Below are positions 30,090 through 39,308 of a DNA stretch of 64,000 nt, piece by piece. The DNA is from an uncultured Bacteroidales bacterium. Its GTDB lineage: Bacteria; Bacteroidota; Bacteroidia; Bacteroidales; GCA-2748055. Below the pieces are notes generated by a model that worked only from the letters and a program-made list of their open reading frames with translations, was not told where the DNA came from and searched no databases. Made by a program: the position numbers and the translations under genes. The number at the start of each line of letters is the position of its first letter. Position 1 is the first letter of the stretch. Where the stretch lies: positions 7,931-71,930 of the forward strand of contig CAVXSF010000033.1 of the NCBI GenBank assembly GCA_963764345.1, read 5' to 3'.

Positions 30090-33000
30090 TTAAAATGAAA
30101 TATTGACACCAAGGCTGTATCGCCGCAATAAAGGATATTCAAACTGGCTGGTTGCATCCATCGGGCGGTCCCTGTCTTCCAAAAGCTTGTTCCAGATCAG
30201 CACATTATTGACCGCAACATATATCATGAGTTTATCCAGCCCGGAAGCTTCCAGTCGCCTGCCCGAAAACGTATAGGAAACCTGAGCATTCTGCAATTTG
30301 AAGTAGGAATAGTCCCATACATAGTACTGTCCTTTGGGTGAATAATAATTATACCTTACATGAGGATAGAGATCCCCGGAGGTTCTACCCACTTCAGGTG
30401 CCCAGGAATCGTTCATCTGGAAGTTGTAAGCTATATCGTAGTTCTGGTAAAATTCATTATACCAGTTATATGTGCCGCTTACATTAAATACTCCGTAAAA
30501 TTGGGCCTGGATGCCGAAACCCCTGTAATCATATCCAAGTGTAACACCATAGGAATATTCAGGAGTAAGGGTATACTGATAGGGAACCACATCATCCGAA
30601 TTGATTACCCCGTCTGCATTATAGTCGACCAGCCTGTAATCTCCAGGAAGATAGAAGGTATTATCATCGAGAACGACACCGTTATACATGTCATCCCATG
30701 ACTGGATGATACCTGAAGTCACCTGGGTCTTGGTCTGATCGATAGGAAAACCTGCCAGCTTTTTGTACTCGGGAGTAAGTTTCGGGTCATCCGCGAAAAT
30801 GATTTTATTATTCGTTCTGGACAGATTATATTTTGCCCAAAGTCGTGAATGGGGAAATGCTTTGGAGAAATTCAGTTCCAACTCCCATCCTTTAGATCTC
30901 AGTTCCCCCAGGTTGGCCGAGGGCATATCGGCGCCGAAGATGACATTACTGGCCCTGTCGGATCCGGAAATGAACATATCAGTACGGTGTTCCCAGTAAT
31001 AATCAAATGTCATGGACAACAGATTTTTAAAGATGCCTGCTTCGAGACCGATATCCTGTTTCTCCGCCACTTCCCAGTGAACATTCGGGTTGGCAATCGT
31101 TCCTTCAAAATTGAGCGGATATCCCGGCTGTGTAACCGGAGAACCAAAAGGCCTGGTATTGTTACTGGTATTCCAGCTTCCTACATACTGCCAGCGCAAA
31201 ATATTGTTATCATTTCCGGTTTTACCCCAAGAATACCGTAATTTAAGGGTATTTACGAAGGGCAGCGCAGACTGGAAGAATTTTTCATTCGACAGCATCC
31301 ATCCCCCTGCGAAAGACGGGAAAAATCCAAACCGGTATTTTCTTGAAAATTTTTCAGAACCGTTGTATGCCCCGTTAAATTCCAGAAAGTACCTGGAATC
31401 AAAATTATAAGTAGTTCTCCCTACCCATCCTTCCCGGTAACTTGGGAATTTACTCCCTACGGCGCTTGTCTCACGGTTAAAAAGAAGGAGGCCGGTCACC
31501 GACTGCTTCCCAAAATCATTGGCATAATTCAGGGATGTTTCGTAATAGAGGTGCCTGAAGACATACTGATTATTACTTGATGGTATATTCTCCGACGTGA
31601 GCTGAACAGGCTGGTTTATGTAGTTAAAGCCATGAGAAGGAGTGGTCGGATACATATACACAACGGCATTTGCTGAATCCTGTGCGGTGCTGGCATTCAG
31701 GATCGCCGGACTGACGTATTTGCGGATCCTGCCCACATCCGACACGTCCGGGCCGGTGGTGAAAAAATAATTATCAAAAGATGTTTTGGCTCTCACTGAA
31801 AGTCCTTTGGTAATAAAATCCAGTTTCTGCGTAAGCGCAAAATCGGTAGTCACCTCAGAACGGTTGTTCCTGTTAAGACCCAGGAAGTTACCGGTATAGG
31901 CAGTATTTGTAAAAGTGGTGAACTGGCTTGAACTTGCATAGGTACCATCAGCATATGTAACCGGGAACATATCCGGTGGATTGGAATAGAATCCCTTCCA
32001 GAGCTGGCTTCTGTCGTTTACACCAGGTGTTTTCTTAGAACCGTAGATACCGGCAAGGTTTACACTGAATTTGGTAGTTTTCGAAATATCAAAGTCAAAA
32101 TTGCTCCTGAAGTTATACCGGTCGTAGGCAAAGGAAGGATCGTATCCCTGCCCCATATCCGATAGATTCATAATATCACCCTGTCTCAGATATCCCAGTG
32201 AAAGGAAATACCTGACAAACTGGGTCCCGCCACGGACACCGAAGTTATATCTCTGGTCCCAGGCGTAGTCTTTGCTCATCACATCTCTCCAGTTAACGTC
32301 GGGGTATAATTCAGGGTATTGCTGTGTTTTGTAATACTGCAGTACATCCCAAGGAACGTAGGCACTCCAGGAACTTTCATCAGCCGGCAGACCGTACTCG
32401 ATGGCCATATCCTTAAGCTTATTCACATCGTAGGAATTCAGATCCTGCGGGAGTTTGGAAATGGTTCCGGCAGTTAAAATGCTCTCGAAGGAAAGTACCG
32501 GTTTCCCGATTTGTCCCCTCTTGGTAGTTATAAGGATAACTCCGTCGGCACCCCGTACACCGAAAACTGCGGTTGCAGAGGCATCCTTCAGAACAGAAAT
32601 ATTTTCAATCTCATTCGGGTCTACATCCATCAGGGAACGTTCAACACCGTCGACCAGAACAAGAGGTTCTCCTCCGTTCCATGTAGTTTGGCCACGAATA
32701 AAAATCTTTGTGGCATGGTCGTCTTTTCCTGCCGCATTGCTTAAAGGTGCACCACCGGGGACACCGGTCGACCTGATGGAGATTACACCGGGCATCAGCC
32801 CGTTCAGATCATCGGCAAGGTTGCTTCCCTGAAAATTTCGTTTAATGCTCTCACCCTTGGTTTGCCCAATGGCTCCAACCACACTCTCTTTTTTCTGAGA
32901 GCCATAACCGACCACGACAATTTCTTCGAGGGATGTTGACTCGGGCTTCAGGTTCACATCGATGGAATTCATCTGATCTGTCACCGTGAAGGTCTGTGTT

Positions 33001-33233
33001 TCCATTCCCACAAAAGAAAAACGTAACTGATCTCCTGCACTGACATTTATGGAATAGAAACCTTTCGCATTTGTGACTGTTCCCGTAGTTGTTCCTTCGA
33101 TAATGACGGTAACTCCAATCAAAGGATTGTTGTCCGGATCAGTAACAAACCCGGTTACCGTCCTGTTTTGGGCCCATATACTCTGCGAGGCCACGAATAA
33201 AACTAACATGAGTAGTTTTAGCTTTCTTTTCAT
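30090..33233 (-). CDS. susC: SusC/RagA TonB-dependent transporter (first)
   Basis: VVVGYGSQKKESVVGAI, ISVLKDASATAVFGVRGADGVILITTKRG, PGDYRLVDYNADG, ends NISF. Confidence 0.95.
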   Translation of the reverse strand: MKRKLKLLMLVLFVASQSIWAQNRTVTGFVTDPDNNPLIGVTVIIEGTTTGTVTNAKGFYSINVSAGDQLRFSFVGMETQTFTVTDQMNSIDVNLKPESTSLEEIVVVGYGSQKKESVVGAIGQTKGESIKRNFQGSNLADDLNGLMPGVISIRSTGVPGGAPLSNAAGKDDHATKIFIRGQTTWNGGEPLVLVDGVERSLMDVDPNEIENISVLKDASATAVFGVRGADGVILITTKRGQIGKPVLSFESILTAGTISKLPQDLNSYDVNKLKDMAIEYGLPADESSWSAYVPWDVLQYYKTQQYPELYPDVNWRDVMSKDYAWDQRYNFGVRGGTQFVRYFLSLGYLRQGDIMNLSDMGQGYDPSFAYDRYNFRSNFDFDISKTTKFSVNLAGIYGSKKTPGVNDRSQLWKGFYSNPPDMFPVTYADGTYASSSQFTTFTNTAYTGNFLGLNRNNRSEVTTDFALTQKLDFITKGLSVRAKTSFDNYFFTTGPDVSDVGRIRKYVSPAILNASTAQDSANAVVYMYPTTPSHGFNYINQPVQLTSENIPSSNNQYVFRHLYYETSLNYANDFGKQSVTGLLLFNRETSAVGSKFPSYREGWVGRTTYNFDSRYFLEFNGAYNGSEKFSRKYRFGFFPSFAGGWMLSNEKFFQSALPFVNTLKLRYSWGKTGNDNNILRWQYVGSWNTSNNTRPFGSPVTQPGYPLNFEGTIANPNVHWEVAEKQDIGLEAGIFKNLLSMTFDYYWEHRTDMFISGSDRASNVIFGADMPSANLGELRSKGWELELNFSKAFPHSRLWAKYNLSRTNNKIIFADDPKLTPEYKKLAGFPIDQTKTQVTSGIIQSWDDMYNGVVLDDNTFYLPGDYRLVDYNADGVINSDDVVPYQYTLTPEYSYGVTLGYDYRGFGIQAQFYGVFNVSGTYNWYNEFYQNYDIAYNFQMNDSWAPEVGRTSGDLYPHVRYNYYSPKGQYYVWDYSYFKLQNAQVSYTFSGRRLEASGLDKLMIYVAVNNVLIWNKLLEDRDRPMDATSQFEYPLLRRYSLGVNISF

Positions 33234-33480
33234 TTCAGTTGGGTTATTTGAATTGAATGATATGAAATGTACTGCTGACCATATTCCGCACGACACCTCT
33301 CACACACTCAGAGTAAGCATCTCATTCCACATTTTCCTTCATTTTATTTCAATCATTTGTTTTTTCAATCACCCCTGCTTATCTAAATGTTCGATAATCA
33401 GGGTTCGTTTTTTTTCAGAGATTTATTTCTAACCTCTCCCATTTAAAGGCTTTACCTAATATTTATTTGATCCAAATTCA

Positions 33481-33498
33481 TGAACAAACGTTTGTGCA
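33481..33498. promoter_or_regulatory. Candidate LacI operator upstream of susC operon
   Basis: TGAACAAACGTTTGTGCA, 17/18 to the palindrome. Confidence 0.72.
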
Positions 33499-33669
33499 AT
33501 ATAATAAATTTAATCTACACAAGAATTCTTTTATCAATTTTTTTTGCCTCCTCATAGTATATTCCCTCTAACCTTACCCGTTTATCGGGTTAATGTGGCA
33601 GAAAACGTAGTCCTGCAAAAAAGCAGGTAAAAAAGGGAGTTTACCGCTCAGGTGAAGAGGTAACATTTA

Positions 33670-35304
33670 TTAATCCTGATCCCCTCTTGCATAATCGATC
33701 CATTTCATCGACGGCTTATATTCAGGATTTTCGGGCATCATTTGGGCATTCACATCCTTTCTCCATTGATGGAGGATTTTTCTAAGTTCATCGACTTTCC
33801 CCGGATTCGTCCCGGAAAGGTCGTGTTGTTCCTGAGGGTCATTCTTCAGGTCGAACAGTTGGACCGTGTTGTTTTCGAAGTATTCGATCAGCTTATAATC
33901 GCCAAGGCGAACAGCCCCGCAAGGACTTTGCTGACCATGGTTGCTGTAGTGAGGAAAATGCCAGAACAAGGGTCTGTCTTCCGCTGTCTTTTCCCCCTGG
34001 ACGAATGGAACCAGACTTTCTCCGTCGAGGACATATTTAGCCGGATCAAACTTAATTCCAACCATTTCCAGGATAGTCGGAAAGAAATCAACGCTAATAA
34101 CAGGAACGTCACAAACGGTTCCTGTCTGGCCTGACTTAGGCCATTTGATGAGAAGAGGTTCACGTATTCCGCCTTCATAGAACCAGCCTTTCCCTCCCCT
34201 GAGGGGCAGATTGGATGTTGAGAAGGCTTTATTCAGCCGGGTTTTTGCGATTTTTCGCTTTGGATTCCCAAAATTGGCTGCCGACATACCTCCGTTATCA
34301 GAGAAAAAGATGAGGATGGTGTTATCTTCGAGACCAAGTCTTTTCAGTTCAGCCCTGATCCTTCCAACGCTTTCATCAACACTTTCCACCATCGCAGCAA
34401 ACTCCACGTTATCCTGATTTTGTTTAATCTTAACTGTCCTGTCGGGCAACAGACTGTACCCTTTGAAGGCATCTTCACCGATCATCCGGTCGAGTTCCCC
34501 GCGGGATAGTGGACTGGGTGAATCCGGATTTCCTTCGAGAATAAAAGGGGCTCCTTTGGATGGAGGTTCAGATTCCAGTTTTTCCTGGTATTTTTCAACC
34601 AGGTCGGGTCGTCCCATGATGGGGTCGTGTACGGCAAAGTGCGCCAGGTAGATGAAGAAAGGCTTATCCTTGTTTTTATCAATATATTTTATGGTTTCAT
34701 CGGTCAGGCGGTCGGTAAGGTATTCCCCTTTGGGAGCATCTTCAAGGCCTTTCATATGATAAGGGGCAAAATATGTTCCGTTAGGCCAGCCTTTGTTCCA
34801 CTGGGGGATATGAAGATCAAAGCCCTGTCTATGCGTGGAAGCGGAATCCTCTCCGAGATGCCATTTGCCGAATATAGCTGTCTGATAACCATTTTCTTTC
34901 ATCACTTCCGGCAGGGTTGTTATATCGTAAGGCAAATGTTGGTTTATCTCAGCATTTTCAAGCTCCTGAAAAGGATAATTCTTACGACCCGGCAACCAGT
35001 CGGTTAAATGAAGGCGGGCCGGATATTTGCCTGTAATGATACTTGCCCTGGTGGGTGAACATACAGAGCAGGCTGCATAGGCCTGGGTGAATTTTACACT
35101 TTCCTCCGCCAGTTTGTCTATATTGGGTGTATTATAAAAGCTGCTTCCGTAACACCCGATATCACTCCAGCCAAGGTCATCCACCAGGATAAACAGGACA
35201 TTTGGTTTATCCTGTTTCCGGCCGCCACCGTTGTCTGTCTGAAAGGCTGTTGTGAGGCCTGCGAGGCCCAGACCCAGTCCCAGTGTTAAAATATCCTTAT
35301 TCAT
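33670..35304 (-). CDS. Sulfatase (S1 family, Cys-type), exported
   Basis: ILVDDLGWSD, CSPTRASIITG, GKWHLG, AHFAVH.P, FSDNGG, YEGGIREP. Confidence 0.92.
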   Translation of the reverse strand: MNKDILTLGLGLGLAGLTTAFQTDNGGGRKQDKPNVLFILVDDLGWSDIGCYGSSFYNTPNIDKLAEESVKFTQAYAACSVCSPTRASIITGKYPARLHLTDWLPGRKNYPFQELENAEINQHLPYDITTLPEVMKENGYQTAIFGKWHLGEDSASTHRQGFDLHIPQWNKGWPNGTYFAPYHMKGLEDAPKGEYLTDRLTDETIKYIDKNKDKPFFIYLAHFAVHDPIMGRPDLVEKYQEKLESEPPSKGAPFILEGNPDSPSPLSRGELDRMIGEDAFKGYSLLPDRTVKIKQNQDNVEFAAMVESVDESVGRIRAELKRLGLEDNTILIFFSDNGGMSAANFGNPKRKIAKTRLNKAFSTSNLPLRGGKGWFYEGGIREPLLIKWPKSGQTGTVCDVPVISVDFFPTILEMVGIKFDPAKYVLDGESLVPFVQGEKTAEDRPLFWHFPHYSNHGQQSPCGAVRLGDYKLIEYFENNTVQLFDLKNDPQEQHDLSGTNPGKVDELRKILHQWRKDVNAQMMPENPEYKPSMKWIDYARGDQD

Positions 35305-35353
35305 CTTTTTGAAATTTAATCGTCATCATTTTTTGCTTCTGTATTTAACAGGA

Positions 35354-36256
35354 CTACGACACCACCTCCTTAAGGAAAGGGATCGATGTGGAGGCACCCA
35401 GTCTTGTGACCGAGATAGAGGCTGCGTTGTTGGCCAGGCGAACTGCTTCCTTCAGCGACTCTCCCCTGGCCAGGGAAACCGCCAGGAAGCCATTAAACGT
35501 ATCACCGGCAGCGGTGGTATCAACCACGCTTACCTTATTTCCGTCCTGTATGCCCAGCTGTCCGTTATTTGAAAACAGGACTCCATTTTCTCCAAGGGTA
35601 ATAATGATGGTATTCAGTCCCAACCCTTTCAAAGCATTGATAAGTTCGGCATTTCCGACCTCTTCACCATCCATAAAGGCAATTTTTGCCGCCTCCTGTT
35701 CATTGGGTGTAATAATGGTGACGAGTTTCAGTACTTCGGGATCCAGGTACCGGGCAGGTGCAGGATTGAGAATAACCGGAATATTGTGTCCGGAAGTAAT
35801 CCGTATCGTGCTGTACACTGTTTCCACCGGGATTTCAAGTTGGAGAAGCACCATATCAGCGCTTTTAATCACCTCACTGAGGTTCTCAATGTCTTCAGGC
35901 ATCAGGTGACTGTTTGCCCCGGGAGCAACGGTTATGCTGTTTTCACCCGAATCGGACACATTTATCAAAGCCACCCCTGAGGTGGTATTTTCTACGAATT
36001 TGATATATGAAGTATCTATTCCTTCCTTATCCAATATTTCCAGGGCATTCTTTCCAAAAGTATCCTTCCCGAGGCAGGTAAGGAAAACAACATCACCTCC
36101 TGCCCTCGCGGAAGCAATTGCCTGGTTGGCTCCCTTCCCTCCGTTGACCATATGGAATTGCCCTCCGAGTACAGTTTCTCCCGGTACCGGGAGGTGAGGT
36201 ACTTTAATGATCATGTCGGTGTTCGAACTTCCAATTACAACTATACGTGGTTTCAT
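35354..36256 (-). CDS. rbsK: Ribokinase
   Basis: VVIGSSNTDM..LP.PGETV, GGKGANQAIA, LLQLEIP, TPNEQEA, DTTAAGDTFNG. Confidence 0.9.
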   Translation of the reverse strand: MKPRIVVIGSSNTDMIIKVPHLPVPGETVLGGQFHMVNGGKGANQAIASARAGGDVVFLTCLGKDTFGKNALEILDKEGIDTSYIKFVENTTSGVALINVSDSGENSITVAPGANSHLMPEDIENLSEVIKSADMVLLQLEIPVETVYSTIRITSGHNIPVILNPAPARYLDPEVLKLVTIITPNEQEAAKIAFMDGEEVGNAELINALKGLGLNTIIITLGENGVLFSNNGQLGIQDGNKVSVVDTTAAGDTFNGFLAVSLARGESLKEAVRLANNAASISVTRLGASTSIPFLKEVVS

Positions 36257-36276
36257 ATACTGTTCTGTTTGTAGGA

Positions 36277-37278
36277 TCAATAAACTCTGGCTGCGATGAT
36301 GAAGGCAAGCCCGATGATATAGGAGAGGAACATAAGAAACAGCAGGGTATTCACATTTTTCACCCCTTTAAATTCCTTCCATATGAATACACCCCAAAAT
36401 GCAGCGATGAGCGTGGCTCCCTGTCCGAGACCGTAGGATATGGCAAATCCGGCCTGGCCTGAAGCAATAATATTCAGCGTCATCCCAAGGCTCCAGATGG
36501 CCCCACCCAGTATACCAATCATATGCAGGCTTATATTTCCTTTGGTGAAGTAATCTTTATAAGTTGCTTTCTCTCCTGAGACAGGCTTATACATAAAATA
36601 TGTGTTCCAGATGAAATTCGAGAGGATCAGCCCGACGGAAAAAATTACAGATGCTGAATAAGGTGTAAATTTCCCGGCCTCAGGCATGTCAAAATGAGTT
36701 ATCATGGAGCCTGCAACAAAATAGTAGAAAAACCCCATCAGGATACCGGCCCCTATCGAGATAAAAATACCTTTTGCCGATGTCTTGCCTTCACTTGACG
36801 ATTTTTTCCGATAGGCCAGTGCATCAAGAACGATTGCCACAGTAACCATGATAACACCGAGGAACAAGATCACCGGGTTTCCCACTGGTTTTGCAATGTA
36901 ATTCGTTACGACTCCAATGACCAGGGCAAGACCTATTCCGAGAGGAAAGGCAACCGCCATCCCAGCCATATCGATAGCCACAACCAGGAGGATATTGGCA
37001 AGATTAAAAACGATCCCGCCAAGGAGTGCAAGCCCGAAAGATGAGCCTGAAGCCTGCCGCAGGTCTTCTATAAAACCTCTGCCTTCTGTCCCCGAACTTC
37101 CAAAAGTAAAAGCCAGAATGAGAGAGAGTATAAAGACGCCAATGGCATAATCCCAGTAAAACAATTGAAAAGCCCAGGTTTTGGAGGCAAGCTTCTGCGT
37201 ATTTGCCCATGATCCCCAGCAAAGCATTGTGACGATGCAGAGTATCACGGCCCAGGGGTAGGAATTTACAATGACCAT
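36277..37278 (-). CDS. DMT-superfamily sugar (ribose-type/GRP, ureide-permease-like) transporter
   Basis: About 10 TM helices; MLCWGSWANTQK, FYWDY, SYGLGQGATLIAAFWGVFIWKEF; adjacent to rbsK. Confidence 0.75.
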   Translation of the reverse strand: MVIVNSYPWAVILCIVTMLCWGSWANTQKLASKTWAFQLFYWDYAIGVFILSLILAFTFGSSGTEGRGFIEDLRQASGSSFGLALLGGIVFNLANILLVVAIDMAGMAVAFPLGIGLALVIGVVTNYIAKPVGNPVILFLGVIMVTVAIVLDALAYRKKSSSEGKTSAKGIFISIGAGILMGFFYYFVAGSMITHFDMPEAGKFTPYSASVIFSVGLILSNFIWNTYFMYKPVSGEKATYKDYFTKGNISLHMIGILGGAIWSLGMTLNIIASGQAGFAISYGLGQGATLIAAFWGVFIWKEFKGVKNVNTLLFLMFLSYIIGLAFIIAARVY

Positions 37279-37296
37279 GTTTTAGGGTTTTAAGTT

Positions 37297-37314
37297 TGCT
37301 CTAACGTTTGTGCA
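37297..37314. promoter_or_regulatory. Candidate LacI operator upstream of transporter-rbsK
   Basis: TGCTCTAACGTTTGTGCA, 16/18 to the palindrome. Confidence 0.68.
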
Positions 37315-37336
37315 AGTAAATAAAAAAAAACCAATT

Positions 37337-38377
37337 TCAATTAATTTCATTTAAATTTTTTACTGATTTTCTGATAATCAGTGTGGTTTTAAGTTTCATG
37401 CTGACCGGCTTCACCTTGAAACCCTTATTTTCAATGAGCTTTGTTATGACACTCACTGCAAGCTGGCCCAGCTCACTCTTTTTTTGTTCAATGGTAGTTA
37501 GAGGTGTTCCCAGGTAAGCTGAGTACGGTTGCTCATCATAGGAGATCAGGGAAACATCCTCGGGAATGGACAGTCCCATTTCACTTAAAGCCTGTATTAC
37601 GCCAAGTGAAATCAAGTTGCTCAATGCAAAAATAGCTGTCGGAGTATTATCGACACTGTAAAGAATCTGGGTTTGTTTATACCCGTTCTCGGTGCTGAAA
37701 TCTTCTCCGGAAATTAAGGAATGGTCTACGTTTATATGATTTTTCTTCAAAGCGTCGACATATCCCATAACCCTTTCCTTACTTGGCTGAGAGTCTTTTA
37801 TTCCCTGGATACAGGCGATCTTTCTGTGCCCCATTGAGATCAGGTGATTCACTGCATCGAAAGCTCCCTGGTAGTTATCGGAAGTGATATATGGAAGATT
37901 CATCCCAGGCGAGTACCTGTCCACGATAACCAGGGGAAGACCAGATTCATAGATCCGGATGAGGTGATCAAAATTAGTACCGACGGGTGCAATGATTATG
38001 CCTTCAACCTTATGTCCAAGCAAGAGATTGATGAGTTCTTTCTCAACGGGCAATTCTTCCCGGCTGTCGCATAGAAAAATGGAAAAACCTTTAAGACGGG
38101 CCTCCAGTTCAATGCTCTTGGCAATATCAGCAAAGAAGGGATTAGCAATATCCGGAATGATCAATCCCAGTGTCTCTGTTTTATCGGTTTTTAATCCGCG
38201 TGCAATCTTGTTCGGGATGTAATTGTGTTCCTTTGCTGCATCCAAAACGCGCTGCTGCGTGGAGGAACTAATCCTGTATGTCTCTGCTTTTCCGTTCAGG
38301 ACACGTGAAACTGTTGTAATCGAAAGCCCAAGTAAATCAGCTAAACCACGAATATTATTAACACTTTTGCTACCCAT
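37337..38377 (-). CDS. LacI-family transcriptional regulator
   Basis: IRGLADLLGLSITTVSRVLNG HTH, YIPNKIARGL hinge, IIPDIANPFF, VSLISYD. Confidence 0.95.
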   Translation of the reverse strand: MGSKSVNNIRGLADLLGLSITTVSRVLNGKAETYRISSSTQQRVLDAAKEHNYIPNKIARGLKTDKTETLGLIIPDIANPFFADIAKSIELEARLKGFSIFLCDSREELPVEKELINLLLGHKVEGIIIAPVGTNFDHLIRIYESGLPLVIVDRYSPGMNLPYITSDNYQGAFDAVNHLISMGHRKIACIQGIKDSQPSKERVMGYVDALKKNHINVDHSLISGEDFSTENGYKQTQILYSVDNTPTAIFALSNLISLGVIQALSEMGLSIPEDVSLISYDEQPYSAYLGTPLTTIEQKKSELGQLAVSVITKLIENKGFKVKPVSMKLKTTLIIRKSVKNLNEIN

Positions 38378-38574
38378 TTCAATTTAAGGTATCCGTTCGG
38401 CACAAAAAGTAAAACATAAAAATAATCGAATATCTTAAGCCTGCTGTTTGTTTAACAACAAAGATGCTTTTCACACCCATGAAGGAGATTCAAGGATCAT
38501 ATCTTTTAATCCATTTCAAGATTTTCAATGAAATGCAAATAAAAACTGAAGGCTATCCGGGAAACTTTCAGATC

Positions 38575-38613
38575 CAAAATTAATCCATCCTGTACTGCAC
38601 AAACCTTTTCGCA
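38575..38613 (-). promoter_or_regulatory. Candidate lacI promoter with overlapping operator
   Basis: TAATTTTG on minus strand (38575-38582); TGCACAAACCTTTTCGCA (38596-38613, 15/18) covers a TTTG 17 bp upstream. Confidence 0.5.
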
Positions 38614-38764
38614 AATTTAAACATTAATTCTTATTAGTCAATTTTTTTTCATCATATCTGAACAGGATCAATGTTTGTGGATAAACAGCTTTCAGGTAAA
38701 GATCAAAGTCTTACATAATGATTATCAATTTATTGATTCCATCCAAAAATAGAAAAATCAATAG

Positions 38765-38782
38765 AGCGCAAACGATTGAACC
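38765..38782. promoter_or_regulatory. Weaker candidate LacI operator in the divergent lacI/GH2 region
   Basis: AGCGCAAACGATTGAACC, 12/18; the GCGCAAACG half equals the reverse complement of the 11577 site half. Confidence 0.35.
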
Positions 38783-39308
38783 ATTAAGCCGGGAAAATCG
38801 TGAAAGGTTGAAAAAGCTGTGTATATCTTTTCATCCATTACAACAGTCCGTTCATAAAGCCAGATAAGGGATTATATCAACCTGCGATGTTAGAGACTTC
38901 CATACCACCCTCCTGCTCCGTACTACTGGGTGCTTCAATCAGGGATTTAGTACAGTCCGAACGGTAAGCTCATGAAGATCCAACCAATCCCGAAACGGAT
39001 GCTTTTTCTGCTCTGTTTCCCATCTTCTGCTTTCTCCTGGTCAGAATTTCCGGGAAGCGCAAGAAAATTTACCAGTCACCCTGCAACATGAATAATGCTT
39101 ACGATCAGCACAGTATCGTTTAATATTAATGAACAGGATTGAAAAATATGGGAAGGATTATCAGAAAATTTTTGCCAATCGTTTCAATACACGCTGTAAC
39201 AAACTCAAAATATTTTCATACTTTTAAGTTCATTCAGATCACAAACAAATGAAATCCGACATCCTATCATTCCTCATCCAATTCCAGTTAAAACCTAAAT
39301 CCATATCT

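Noticed and set aside
8418-35304. Cys-type sulfatases without a maturation enzyme in the window
   Set aside because: The maturase (anSME or FGE) is usually encoded elsewhere in the genome, so this is not unusual.
38972-39091. 39-aa ORF MKIQPIPKRMLFLLCF... in the lacI-GH2 gap
   Set aside because: It looks like a signal peptide but is too short and unsupported; at most a gene remnant.
39172-39189. Additional LacI operator before GH2 (TTGCCAATCGTTTCAATA)
   Set aside because: Only 10/18 to the consensus, so not distinguishable from chance.
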